Positions 22,661 through 32,584 of a stretch of 64,000 nt of DNA are shown in pieces. Position numbers and translations under genes: made by a program. The notes under the pieces are model-generated. The model had not been told where the DNA came from. It ran no database searches and saw nothing but the letters and a program-made list of their open reading frames with translations. Position 1 is the stretch's first letter; each line of letters opens with the position of its first letter. The stretch spans positions 434,001 to 498,000 of the forward strand of contig MU008192.1 of the NCBI GenBank assembly GCA_010909165.1. Direction: 5' to 3'. This DNA comes from Anthoceros angustus (taxonomy: Eukaryota; Plantae; Anthocerotophyta).

Positions 22661-23339
22661 GCCTTTTTATCTAGGAAGGCTTTTCACAGGAGGCAAATCT
22701 TCCATATGTAGATAGATCGTAAACCAAGCAGATGTCTGTGGGTACATTCACCTGCAGTCGGTCGAACTGCTACATTCACCTACACTGGAACTGAGCACTG
22801 ACGGCAAACATATGTAGATAGATTTATAGGGTAGATAAGTGCGGGGGCACGCCCCCCTCGCCTGGTGGGTTGTCCCCTGCCGCCTCGGGGTAGATGGGAT
22901 TTCCCATATCGTGCCTTTTATAAAGTCTTAACGTCTCCCCTGATTTAGACCAAGCCAGTCTTGACGTGATCCGAGATGTGCTGCACCCTCGGCTTACCCC
23001 CCAGAACCCAGGATCCTCTTCGACTTATCCATATTCCCCCTTCCCCACTAGCCCCAGCATTAGATCTACTCCTGCACACTCTCTTCGAAAAACAGACTGT
23101 ACTGGCCTCGCTCGACGAGGCCCTCCAACAGTGGCAGCGCATCTCGGATCAAGCTCGCAAGGACTTCACAGATGGCCTGCAGTCCGCTTCTGAGGCACTC
23201 CGTGCCGACTGAAACCTATTACTTGATTTAGTTTATTGGCAACCATTCCCACCAAAAACAAAATCTGATGTTCTTGTACGTTATTGTCTTACATCTAGAC
23301 ACTTGCAAAAGAGCAGAGAGATCATGTGTTTACAGGCCT

Positions 23340-24132
23340 TCTACTATTCACAAGTAAAGAGGATGCAAAGCACAAACTTGAGATTCATGGGTGTGATGGT
23401 CAAGGCTATTATGCGGTTTTGCAGACTCGTTTGTGCATCCGTGGTGGGTTTCCTACCGGCTTTGGACAACGGATTGTGGAGTAACATCTTACACTGATAC
23501 TACAACAACCAGGTTTGCTATCTACCCTCACTCAGTGCTTCCACACCTGCTAATCAAGACCGTATAATATACGAAATCGTAAAACACCTCCATGGTCTGG
23601 CGGAGTTCCGGAAAACCGGTGTGATTTGTTTTGGCCCCTTGCTCAAGGGTGACGCGGGTTCAAACTCCTCCAAAATACTTCAAATCTGTAAAGTCTCGAT
23701 ACTCTTTAAAGTCCGGATCAGTTTTCTATAGGTTGTGAAGCTGTCCGTAGCTTCAGAGAATTAATTTGTTGGTGCCTAAGTTTCTACTCCTAGTACATGA
23801 AACTCTTCTGCAATGCGGTATCTACGCATATTCACGACAACAGGACTACGGGCGGGTGCTGAAGCCGAGGCAGGACTGTGGGCTGGTGCAGAAGCTGAGG
23901 CAGCCTGGGTGCTCAATGTCTCGGGCATCTCCGTGCCTTCCCCGCCAGATGTCGGTGTTTCGGAGCTCCCCTCTTCTATCCTTGATTCTGTTTCTGATGG
24001 AAAATCGTACTTGGCAACCCTAACAGCGTCCCGGCCATTTCTCTGCGACTCGAATAGCCAGACGTTCACAGTTGTGCTTACAGCAAGTAATCCGAGGAAG
24101 AGACCGCAGATTAGCCTCCTCGTTGGGGCCAT
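23340..24132 (-). pseudogene. Type II membrane protein (glycosyltransferase-like topology) with an in-frame TGA
   Basis: Exon 24132-23797 is exactly 112 codons (TM helix plus S/A/P-rich stem). Exon 23725-23573 is exactly 51 codons with TGA at 23660-23662. A probable third exon starts at 23499. Confidence 0.45.
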
Positions 24133-24388
24133 GTCCACACCAGGTCGATGGATGTACTCTGAAGTTATGGGGTGATAACTTATAGACGTGGCCGAAGGAT
24201 GCAGCAGATGTGCAAACTGCGTGATGAAGGTCACAGCGATGGCACTGAGCTGCTGGGGAGCGTAACCTGGTGGTGAGGTGTCTTACCGTAGCTGAAGGCT
24301 GGTAATTTTAGGTCACGGCCATGTTCACTGGCCATCATAGTTTCGGTCACACTCCCACTGTGGCAAGCGAGGAGCTCCATCGGTTTAG

Positions 24389-24614
24389 CTTCCATGATGG
24401 TGATCTTGACTGGGCATGTAAGCATAATGTTCTGTTCTTTGAATCCACTGCCTGCATACTTCCTTCCCCAATCAGAGTGCTGACAGCAGACCCTGAGCCT
24501 TCCATGATGGTGATCTTGACTGGGCATTGTTAAGCATAATGTTCTCTTCTTTGAATCCACTGCCTGCATACTTCCTTCCCCAATCAGAGTGCTAACAGCA
24601 GACCCTGAGCCTTC
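24389..24614. repeat. ~110-bp tandem duplication covering the BAC2 stop codon and 3' UTR
   Basis: Units 24389-24498 and 24499-24610, with a few substitutions and small indels. Confidence 0.93.
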
Positions 24615-25589
24615 TCATATGCTACAAAAATGGCACCATTCACAATGAAGGCACGTGTCAATGTAACTCCCAGCCCACGCCATAGGAACGCATGCCCCTC
24701 CGCCTGGATACTCTGCCGCAAGCAGTCCAGGCTACTGGAGTACCTCAGGTTCGACGAGTCCTGCGCCTGCATCCTGCTCTTGATCACATCCACCGGGTAA
24801 ACTGAGAGCCAGGACATGACCCCGGCAATGCCACCTGCAACAAGCTGGGTCGTCAGACTGGACTCCCCATGCGTTCGGGAACCCGGAGAGAGCACTTCCC
24901 GGGCAAACTCGTTGGTGGCGAAGTAGACGCCATAGCTAGGCGCGTCTCTCAACGCCGTCAATCCAAAGCCCCGGTACATGCCTCTCCATCCCTCTGTGCT
25001 CAAAGTCTTTCGGATAACAAACAAAGGTCCCGTTGCACTATGCTGGAAAGAAGACATGGCAAACAAAGGATGCGGTGTGGCTGCTTGTAGTTGCAGTCGG
25101 ATCTTAACAAGCTCTACAGGTGTCATAAGCACACACTGGACGGAGCCTGCTGCCGCACCAGCTAGCCACACCTTGGAATAGGAGAGGGGAGCATCTGAAG
25201 AGGGATCCGACAGTACACGCTGGCAAAAGGACTTACTTACAAAAGTCACGGCATTCTGTGAGGCAGTCAACGATAAGAAGGCAGCAAGGAAAAGGTGCGC
25301 GAGGAATCTGCTCAATGAGAAAAACGGCTCGATGTCTTACCTGAACAGCAGCGGTGGCCAGTGGCGATAGCAGGCCTTTGAACAGAGCCTGGGGACCCTC
25401 GGAAGTCACAAGATGTCGGAACAATCCAGAAACCGTAGGAGCACTAGATGCAGAGCGTCGCGGTTGCTGCAGCTGGATTCTAATTGTGTCCAGAGGATGG
25501 CCAGTAATCACTCCAGCCATGCCTCCCACTCCTCCAGCCAAGAACTCCCTCACGAGAGTCGATCCACCAAATTCTGGCCAAGTCTCCAT
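24584..25589 (-). CDS. BAC2: Mitochondrial basic amino acid (arginine/ornithine) carrier BAC2-like
   Basis: Exons 25589-25341 and 25255-24584. METWPEF..REFLAGGVGGMAGVITGHPLDTIRIQLQQ; three carrier signatures (PLDTIR, PVELVK, PVDVIKSRMQ). Confidence 0.92.
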
Positions 25590-26212
25590 TTCATTATTTG
25601 TCCTCATTGCAAGTCCCGTTCACGATCAAGCAAACCAGAATTAGAGGACTCTGTAACCACAAGTAACGTCCCTGTTGCGAAATCAATCGTAAGCAAGCTC
25701 CCTCGCACTCCACAGGACAACCCCGCTCTTCATATACCAGAGAGGATTCCGTACCTTAGAGAATATCAAATCCTCGCCCCTTCCAATCTAGTCTACATTC
25801 GCGCTAACAACTTACATATCACAATTCATGAAGCATTCTCGGTCCTACAGATGTGAGGGAATTCGTGGTGCAGGAGCAATTGATCGAGAACGTCCTCCAT
25901 AGCAATGGAATGCGAATGCGAAATTTGTTCAAATTCCAAAGTGACTGGTGAGCAGAAACGGGAAGGTGGAGAGGATTGAGTCCCAATCTACTGCCTCTGC
26001 TGTGGCAGTCTTTGTCACTAATGGTCGGAGCTGAATCAACACGCCACTCCGCAGACGGCGAGCAGCAATGGCAGGCGGGCTCCAGCACCACACGTTCCAC
26101 TGCTGGCGTAAAGAGAGTGCTTAAAGAGAAAGCCGTACAATAGGAGAAGAACTTTATGTAGTTTGGCTGAGACTCTCCTACCAACGGATCAATTTAGTCC
26201 CTGCCTGCCGAC

Positions 26213-26291
26213 TTTTAGTCCTTCGATTCCCTCAAAACTTTTAAGGGAATCGAAGGACTAAAACTCGAAAAGGAATCGAAGGACTAAAAAA
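26213..26291. repeat. Perfect 20-bp inverted repeat (fold-back) with an extra copy of the right arm
   Basis: TTTTAGTCCTTCGATTCCCT (26213-26232), an 11-nt spacer, then AGGGAATCGAAGGACTAAAA (26244-26263). A further AGGAATCGAAGGACTAAAA follows at ~26271. Confidence 0.92.
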
Positions 26292-26410
26292 GCAGCATCG
26301 GCCTTTACATTAGAACAGTGAAACCTCACATTCTGTTTACCACCAGCCCAAGCCCACGCAGAGCAGAGAGCACTCCAAGGACTCTTCCATGCAGAGTTTG
26401 TGGAGCTCGA

Positions 26411-26613
26411 GTCCTTAGGTCTCTGTAGTCTACACTCCAGTGGTAGGTACATCCCAGTCCTTAGGTCTCTGTAGTCTAAACTCCAGTGATAGGTACGTCC
26501 CAACAATTTTATTTATTCATTACAGATACCTACTCCCGACACTTATAAATCGGTAGCCTCCCCCCTTATAAATCGGTAGCCTCCCCCTTCATAAATCGGT
26601 AGCCTGTCCCCCC
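26411..26613. repeat. Short tandem repeats: 46 bp x2 (26411-26502) and ~22 bp x3 (26543-26613)
   Basis: GTCCTTAGGTCTCTGTAGTCTA..; TTATAAATCGGTAGCCTCCCCC. Confidence 0.9.
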
Positions 26614-26837
26614 TAGTGTACACACCTATATGCAATTCTGCATCCTAGTTCTTCGTATTTTCACATTTGCCGACTCCCTTGGGCCAGTGAGTAAAGAGCA
26701 TTCGGTCCTCATAGCCGAGTAGGGTACTCCTATCAGCTAGTCCGTCTTCCGAAAGATACCTTCGGATTGCCTGTGCAGGTGTCTATAGGTTGATGGGAAG
26801 CTCTTGGAGGATGCGAGCCAAGCCCTTGTTCACGGCG

Positions 26838-28098
26838 TCATCGCTGTGAATGCATGATTCGAGATACCCAGGCGCTCCTTCCGAAGTCAGCAGATATTTG
26901 GACTCGCATCACTTCATACCTTGTTCCCCTCTCAATCACGTCAAACACCTGCTGGCCGTCAGAGTCCAGAAGCGATGCTAAAGGCGCTGTCTTCACTTGA
27001 ATATCGTCACCTTTGCGAGAACCATGAACCCACCCACCAAGAATCCACCATCTCAGACAGATCTGTCTGTTTGCGATGCCGCTGGATCTTAAAGCCTCCC
27101 TCAAATACTTGTCCTGAAAAATCAGATGGCGCGTCATGTTTGCTTGCTGAGGTTACATCATGTCCACAGAGACAGAGAAGCATGCGGCCTCAAGTAAGTA
27201 AGTACAAGTCAGATTGCAGGGTTTAGGGTTTGAGGAGTGACCTCTATGCCGAGGTGGTAGAGACAGTAGTGAAGGGCTATCAGGTTGACCAGAACACTCT
27301 GAGTGGGTTTGAACAAGTTCACCACCACATCCTGGTAGTCGAAACCAAGGGCGCACAGTAAAGCCATTGCCTTATGGTAGTCAATAACTTCCACCGATTC
27401 TTGACGGGCTGCACACCGGTTCACGATCTCAATTACAGCCCTAGACCGGCTCGCCATCTCGGTGTGAATGCGCTTATATGCCTCCCTCCACCCCTGCACT
27501 TCATAGCAACAGCGGACCTTGAGACTCAGTCCAACAAAACCTTTGTGGTGATGGTAAGCCTCCAACACCTAGATTTCGCCAGCAGATGGCAGCTTGGAGC
27601 TGCTCCACCTCAGACAAGAAATTCTACAAGGTCCTGGACACCAACCTCATTTGGTTCCTTGGCAACGTTGATCTGGTTGCAAGCTCTGCCAAGCAGGCAC
27701 AAACAGTCCGGCTTCTTTCTGGCACAGTCCACCGGATAAGACCGGCCCGACATGGGCCATCGCACGCGGAAAATCTGACCCCAAACATCCTCGGACGAGC
27801 ACGACTCATGCCAAAACCGTGAACAGAGCTGAAGGTGGCAGACGTCTCGTGCCTTGAAGGAAAGAAGAAAAAGACTTCTCAGCATCTCCAATTACCTTCC
27901 CCACCCTTATGGCTGTTGTTTGAAATTGACATCGTGCAACCAAAAGTGGTCCAACCAAAAGACAAAAAGCGAAGGAATCTGCTAGATAACCTGCAGCAGG
28001 GCGACAATATGCCGGACTATGTCATCAGGCACCTGGTAGCCCTCCACGCTCCAGTCCCTCTCCCCTTCACTTGAACTCTGAGAGTCCGCCTCCGCCAT
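26838..28098 (-). CDS. F-box protein, 4 exons
   Basis: Exon 1 (28098-27991, 36 codons) ends VPDDIVRHIVALLQ and joins ARDVCHLQLCSRFW..SEDVWGQIF..RWP (F-box). Later exons include GWREAYKRIH and ICLRWWILGGW..RGTRYEVMRVQIS. Confidence 0.85.
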
Positions 28099-29161
28099 GA
28101 TATCCCACCTACGGCAGGCAATTGTGCATACAGGTGAGGAGGAACACCTTGAATGCGCTACCGCTCCATCCATCAGGGAACAAGCAGCCACGTGCTGAAG
28201 CCCTTCCCCAACCCTCACCAAAGTGCACCCACGTCCACAGACCTACAACCTCTGGTGCCTGTTGCTACCGTCTACGCATAAGCCGCAGACGAGATTCCAC
28301 CCAACAAATGCCCCTCACGCTCCTCCTGCAGCAAAACGGACGGCCCCACCTCCACGACTGAAGCAACTCACCGAGGTCTCAACAGCAGAAACAGACCAAG
28401 AGATTCCTCCACCACATCGCCTGTCTCTTCACCCACAGACACAATCAACTACAACACGCTCCCCCCACCAGCAAATTGGCCTCCAACCTCAACTCCACAT
28501 GCCAATCCCGCCATCCAACAAACGCACTCATGCAAATTCACCTAAGCGCAAGCAAGCGCAGGAAAAAGAAGAGAAGAGCTTCCTTCAGAGAAAAGATTAA
28601 GAAAAGAAGGCAAAGAAGAATGGGCAACCTGGGAACAGAGCAAAAGCTGCGCTCCCGGCCTGATCAATTGATTTTGCAGATATTTCGAGGGCCAAAGCGC
28701 ATGATTCGGGGGAGCGCAAAGACTTAATGCGCGTCGGGCTGGGCTTCGCTTTCTGCGCGGACAGGCGGGCTAGGAAGACACCCAAGAGCCAGGTTCAGGC
28801 CCCACTGCAACGTGGCCCATATTCCCTCTGGCCCGCCTCCCTCTACACACAATACCTGGCAAGCAACTACTGGCGCGGCCAGAGGGCACGGCCACGGGCC
28901 GCGCAAAGATGCTCCACGCGGGCACCTGTGGAAGCAGATTCAGCAGGCATGAAATGAATCCGCTTCAGAAATCCTGGCACGGAATCGAGGTGCCAACGCT
29001 AATCTGCTCAGCACCTGCAGGAAAGGGCAAGGAAGAGCAGGGATTCGGAAAGGACTGCGTCTCCGACGGAAGATTCGCGTCTCAATCCCGGCCTCGTGCT
29101 GGAGAAGTGGAAGGGGATCAAGATCGGGAGTTTCTTGCCTGCCGTGCCGGGAAGGGATCGA

Positions 29162-30415
29162 TCATAGGCGGAAGTTGTCAAGAATGTGCGCAATGACATC
29201 CGCGCCGTCCCCGTGCCTGGCAGCAACCTTCACCTGAATCGTGTTGTGCGCGGCGAAGGATCCGAAGCTGATGTCCACTCTTCGCCAACTCATCTGGCTG
29301 AGCCCGGACACCATCTCCTCCTCCGCGTCCTCCACCCCGGGCTTGTCCCCGTTCAGCAAGGGTTTCAGATCCGCCGTAACCACAGCCCCAGCCCCAGCCC
29401 CAGCCCCAGCCGCAGCCTCCATGCCACCATCCGGCGCCTCCTCCACCCGCATCACATGCGGGTACTTCTCGCTCACCGGCTCCTGCTTCACGGGCGGCAC
29501 GTCGGACTCCCGCCGGATGGACGCCGTCCGCCATCCCACCAGATGGTCGAAGGACACGTTCGCATAGGCCGCCCGGGCCTTGAACGCCTTCAACCCCGCA
29601 AGAAACCTCCCCTCCTGGCAATCCGTGGCCATCCTCCGGAGCAGCGGCAGCCTCCCCCCGTCCCCGTCCGTCAAGAAGAGATGCCTCCCGGTCGGGCCGA
29701 CGAACCAGTGCGCCATGGCCGGCGCCAGGGCCTCCAGCGCCCGCACCCCGAACAAGAAAGGCAGCTGGCCGTTCCCCCGCGACCCCAGGTGCGGGGTGGC
29801 CAGGGTCACGAAATTCATCGCCTCCAGCCCCGCGATCCTGCTGCTGCCATCCCCTCCTCCTCCTTCCCCGTCTCCCTGCACCAGCTGCCCTACCGCATAC
29901 CTGGCCACCAAACCCCCGAGCGAATGCGCCACGAAGGAGATCTTCCGCGCCCCGGGCGTCCGATCCACCACCTCCTGCACCTCCTCCGCCAGCCGCCTCC
30001 CCATCACGTCCACCCCGTTGAAGGTCTTGAAGGCGGAATTGCACACGCTGCAATGCACCACAACCTTGTCCGGCAGCCGCTCCCGGAACTGCTCAGCCGC
30101 AAAGCGCCAATTGTTGGCGCTCCCGACAATGCCGTTCACCAGCACCACCAGATGCTCCGCCGGCTCGATCCTCCCCGCCGCTGCATCCTGCGCGGAATCC
30201 ATCGCTCCTGCCGGCGTCCTCGTCGTCGAATTGACGCTCCTCCTCCCGGATCCCGCAAAGCAGCACCAGGAAGCATTCAAATCCGCGGCTGCAAGAGCAG
30301 CAGCAGCGACAGCGGCCTCCCCAGCGTCTTCTCCGGCGTCTCGCACGTCTCGCGCGTCTCGAGCGTCTCCCGACCCGGCCGCGAGCGTGCCCAATCCGTC
30401 CCCTCCTGTCCCCAT
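29162..30415 (-). CDS. DUF676 alpha/beta-hydrolase (putative lipase/serine esterase), intronless
   Basis: HLVVLVNGIVGS, TFNGVDVMGRRLAEEV, ISFVAHSLGGLVARYA (nucleophile elbow), NFVTLATPHLG, YANVSFDHLVGWRTASIRRE, AHNTIQVK. Confidence 0.95.
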   Translation of the reverse strand: MGTGGDGLGTLAAGSGDARDARDVRDAGEDAGEAAVAAAALAAADLNASWCCFAGSGRRSVNSTTRTPAGAMDSAQDAAAGRIEPAEHLVVLVNGIVGSANNWRFAAEQFRERLPDKVVVHCSVCNSAFKTFNGVDVMGRRLAEEVQEVVDRTPGARKISFVAHSLGGLVARYAVGQLVQGDGEGGGGDGSSRIAGLEAMNFVTLATPHLGSRGNGQLPFLFGVRALEALAPAMAHWFVGPTGRHLFLTDGDGGRLPLLRRMATDCQEGRFLAGLKAFKARAAYANVSFDHLVGWRTASIRRESDVPPVKQEPVSEKYPHVMRVEEAPDGGMEAAAGAGAGAGAVVTADLKPLLNGDKPGVEDAEEEMVSGLSQMSWRRVDISFGSFAAHNTIQVKVAARHGDGADVIAHILDNFRL

Positions 30416-30752
30416 TCCAGCGCTACCCGAGCCGGTAAACGCTCCGCTCAGGGCGACACGAGTATGAAGCTCGTCCGGCCTTCCCGCAGCGCCACCTCAA
30501 TATCAAAAATACCTGCATGCATATATATATGCATATGCGGCAGGAGCCTAGTCACCCTAACCGCCGTAAGTTAGTAAGTTTAGCGAGTTAGGAAGGTTAC
30601 CAAGTTAGTTAGTTGCACTGAATGCCGGAGAGCGTTCTGCGGTCTTGATGGAGTCGTCTAATTGTGCAAGACTGATGTGAGTAAGTCGCGCGACTTCTGC
30701 ATGCGGGAAATGGTCTCAAGCGCGTCTCCAACAGTCTCACGACTCGCGCGTG

Positions 30753-32220
30753 ATGGCGGCCTCTTGGAAGCTCGGCGATGGCGTGTGGAGGGGCCAGGTG
30801 GTAGGGAGGGAGAAGCGGTGGGCGGCGGCCGGATGCACGCGAGACAGGTGCCTGGTGCGGGTGCGGAGCGCGGGGCGTGACGCGCGTCGGAAGGCAGGTT
30901 GGTGAGAGCCGGTTGGTGGCTTTGGCAGATGGAGGACGGTGGATTGACTGTCGGGTGGACCAGAGGAGGAGGATCTGGAGGGGAGGCTGGAGAGGCGGCT
31001 GCAGCGCACGCTGGCGGAGCGGCAGCTGCTGCGGCCCCGGGAGAAGGTGCTGGTGGCGGTGTCCGGGGCAGGACTCCGCGGCGCTCATCCGCCTGCTGGC
31101 GGCGCTGCAGCCGGGCTGGGGATGGAGGTTAGGGATTGTCCACTGCGACCACCAGTGGTCTGCGTCTTCCCGCTCGCAGGCCGCACACGTCGCGCAGATC
31201 GCTGCGGGCTTGAAGGTGGATTACTTCCAGGTGAGGCCTTGAGGCGCGAAACCTTCTTTAGGTCTTCAATATTCGGCGTGAATTGGAGAAGAGAAGAGAA
31301 GATGTATAATGTGGAGTAGTGAATTAGAGTATTGGGCCCAAGGATGTTGGAGTGATGAAGGACATGAGGTTGCGTGCAGGCTGTGACCACGAAGCCCGTG
31401 CTCGGGGAGGGGGTGGCGCGGGTGTGGAGGTACGGGGCGCTGCAGAAGATAGCCATCTCGCACGGGTATGGAGTACTAGTGACGGCGCACACGGCGAGCG
31501 ATCGGGTGGAGACAATGCTGTACAATCTCTTCAGGGGGAGCGGGCTTCGGGGGTTGCAGTCCTTGGCGTGGAAGCGGGAGCTGGCTGCGGCTCTGTGTCT
31601 GTGTCCGGAGGTTGCGTTCGGCGGGGAGGAGGGTGGTAGGGTTGCTGGGGCCGGGGGAGGGGGAGAGGAGAGTGGAGGAGGGGAGGGTGGAGCTGGTCAG
31701 GCCTCTGCTTGACACTACCAGGACGGAGATCAGGAAGTTCGGTCGGCATGTGGGGTTACCATTGTGGCCGGATCCTAGCAACCACTCTCTGGAGATAGAT
31801 AGGAACAGGATCCGGCACCAGTTGCTTCCCTATCTTAGACACCACTTCCAGGCGGAAATAGATAAGTCTCTGGCGAGGTGTGCGGAGATTCTGCAAGGTG
31901 AGGATCTGTACCTGGATGGCTTGTGCCACAGTATAAGAAGCAAGGCCGAAACACCGCACTATTCTTCATCCGGGGAGGAAGTAGGCAGGCGGCTCAACGT
32001 CTCGCTGCTTCAAGCTCTTCCAGTTGCTTTGCAGCGCAGGATTCTTAAACAGTTTGTAGAGGGCTTTACTGGTAAGAGTACCACCTTTGATCACGTTGAG
32101 CGACTCAGGATCACAGTTCTGCAGTCACAGAGGAGGGTAATAAGAATGTCCTTGCCTGGGGGATTTTGCTTACAATTTTGTGGGACCCATATGGTCTTAT
32201 CAGAAGCAAGATTTGATTGA
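30753..32220 (+). CDS. tilS: tRNA(Ile)-lysidine synthase of cyanobacterial/plastid (ycf62) type; two apparent frameshifts
   Basis: Predicted exons 30753-30897, 30964-31230 and 31380-32220. Motifs: KVLVAVSG/[frameshift]/[67 protein letters not shown]. Frameshifts fall at a G-run (~31065) and in a G/A-rich tract (~31620-31690). Confidence 0.88.
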
Positions 32221-32584
32221 TGCCTCTTAACTGTAGTAACTGGAGTCCTGTCCAGTCCGGGATGCCCCACCCTTCTTGCTTCAGTACTTCTTGAGGATAT
32301 TCCTGAGTCTGGCTATTTTTATTCTTTTCCCTGAAACTACATACGCTTGAGATCGAACATAAAGACTTCAGATGTCGCAAGTGCCAATCCTTGCTAAACT
32401 TGAAACTTGCTAGGACCCGAGGGAGTGGAGAAAGGTCTACACTTTCTCACAGAGCGGGGTACCAAGCAATTATTCCTCACTCTCTCATTACTTGACAACC
32501 TTGAAGAAGTATGAAGGATATACATACTGAAGAAGCACATTCTCAATGAGATCACTTATCCGAACTCCGGGGGGTAGGCCAGAC

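Noticed and set aside
22976-23212. Short helical ORF (..VLASLDEALQQWQRISDQARKDF..)
   Set aside because: No ATG start, splice context or recognisable homology.
23640-23672. GGTTCAAACTCC B-box/T-arm-like motif suggesting a tRNA
   Set aside because: No cloverleaf or A-box; it lies within a minus-strand exon.
29178-30574. Long alternative-frame and antisense ORFs (291, 462, 295 aa) over the DUF676 gene, and similar ones over other GC-rich CDSs
   Set aside because: These are expected shadow ORFs from high GC3 codon usage.
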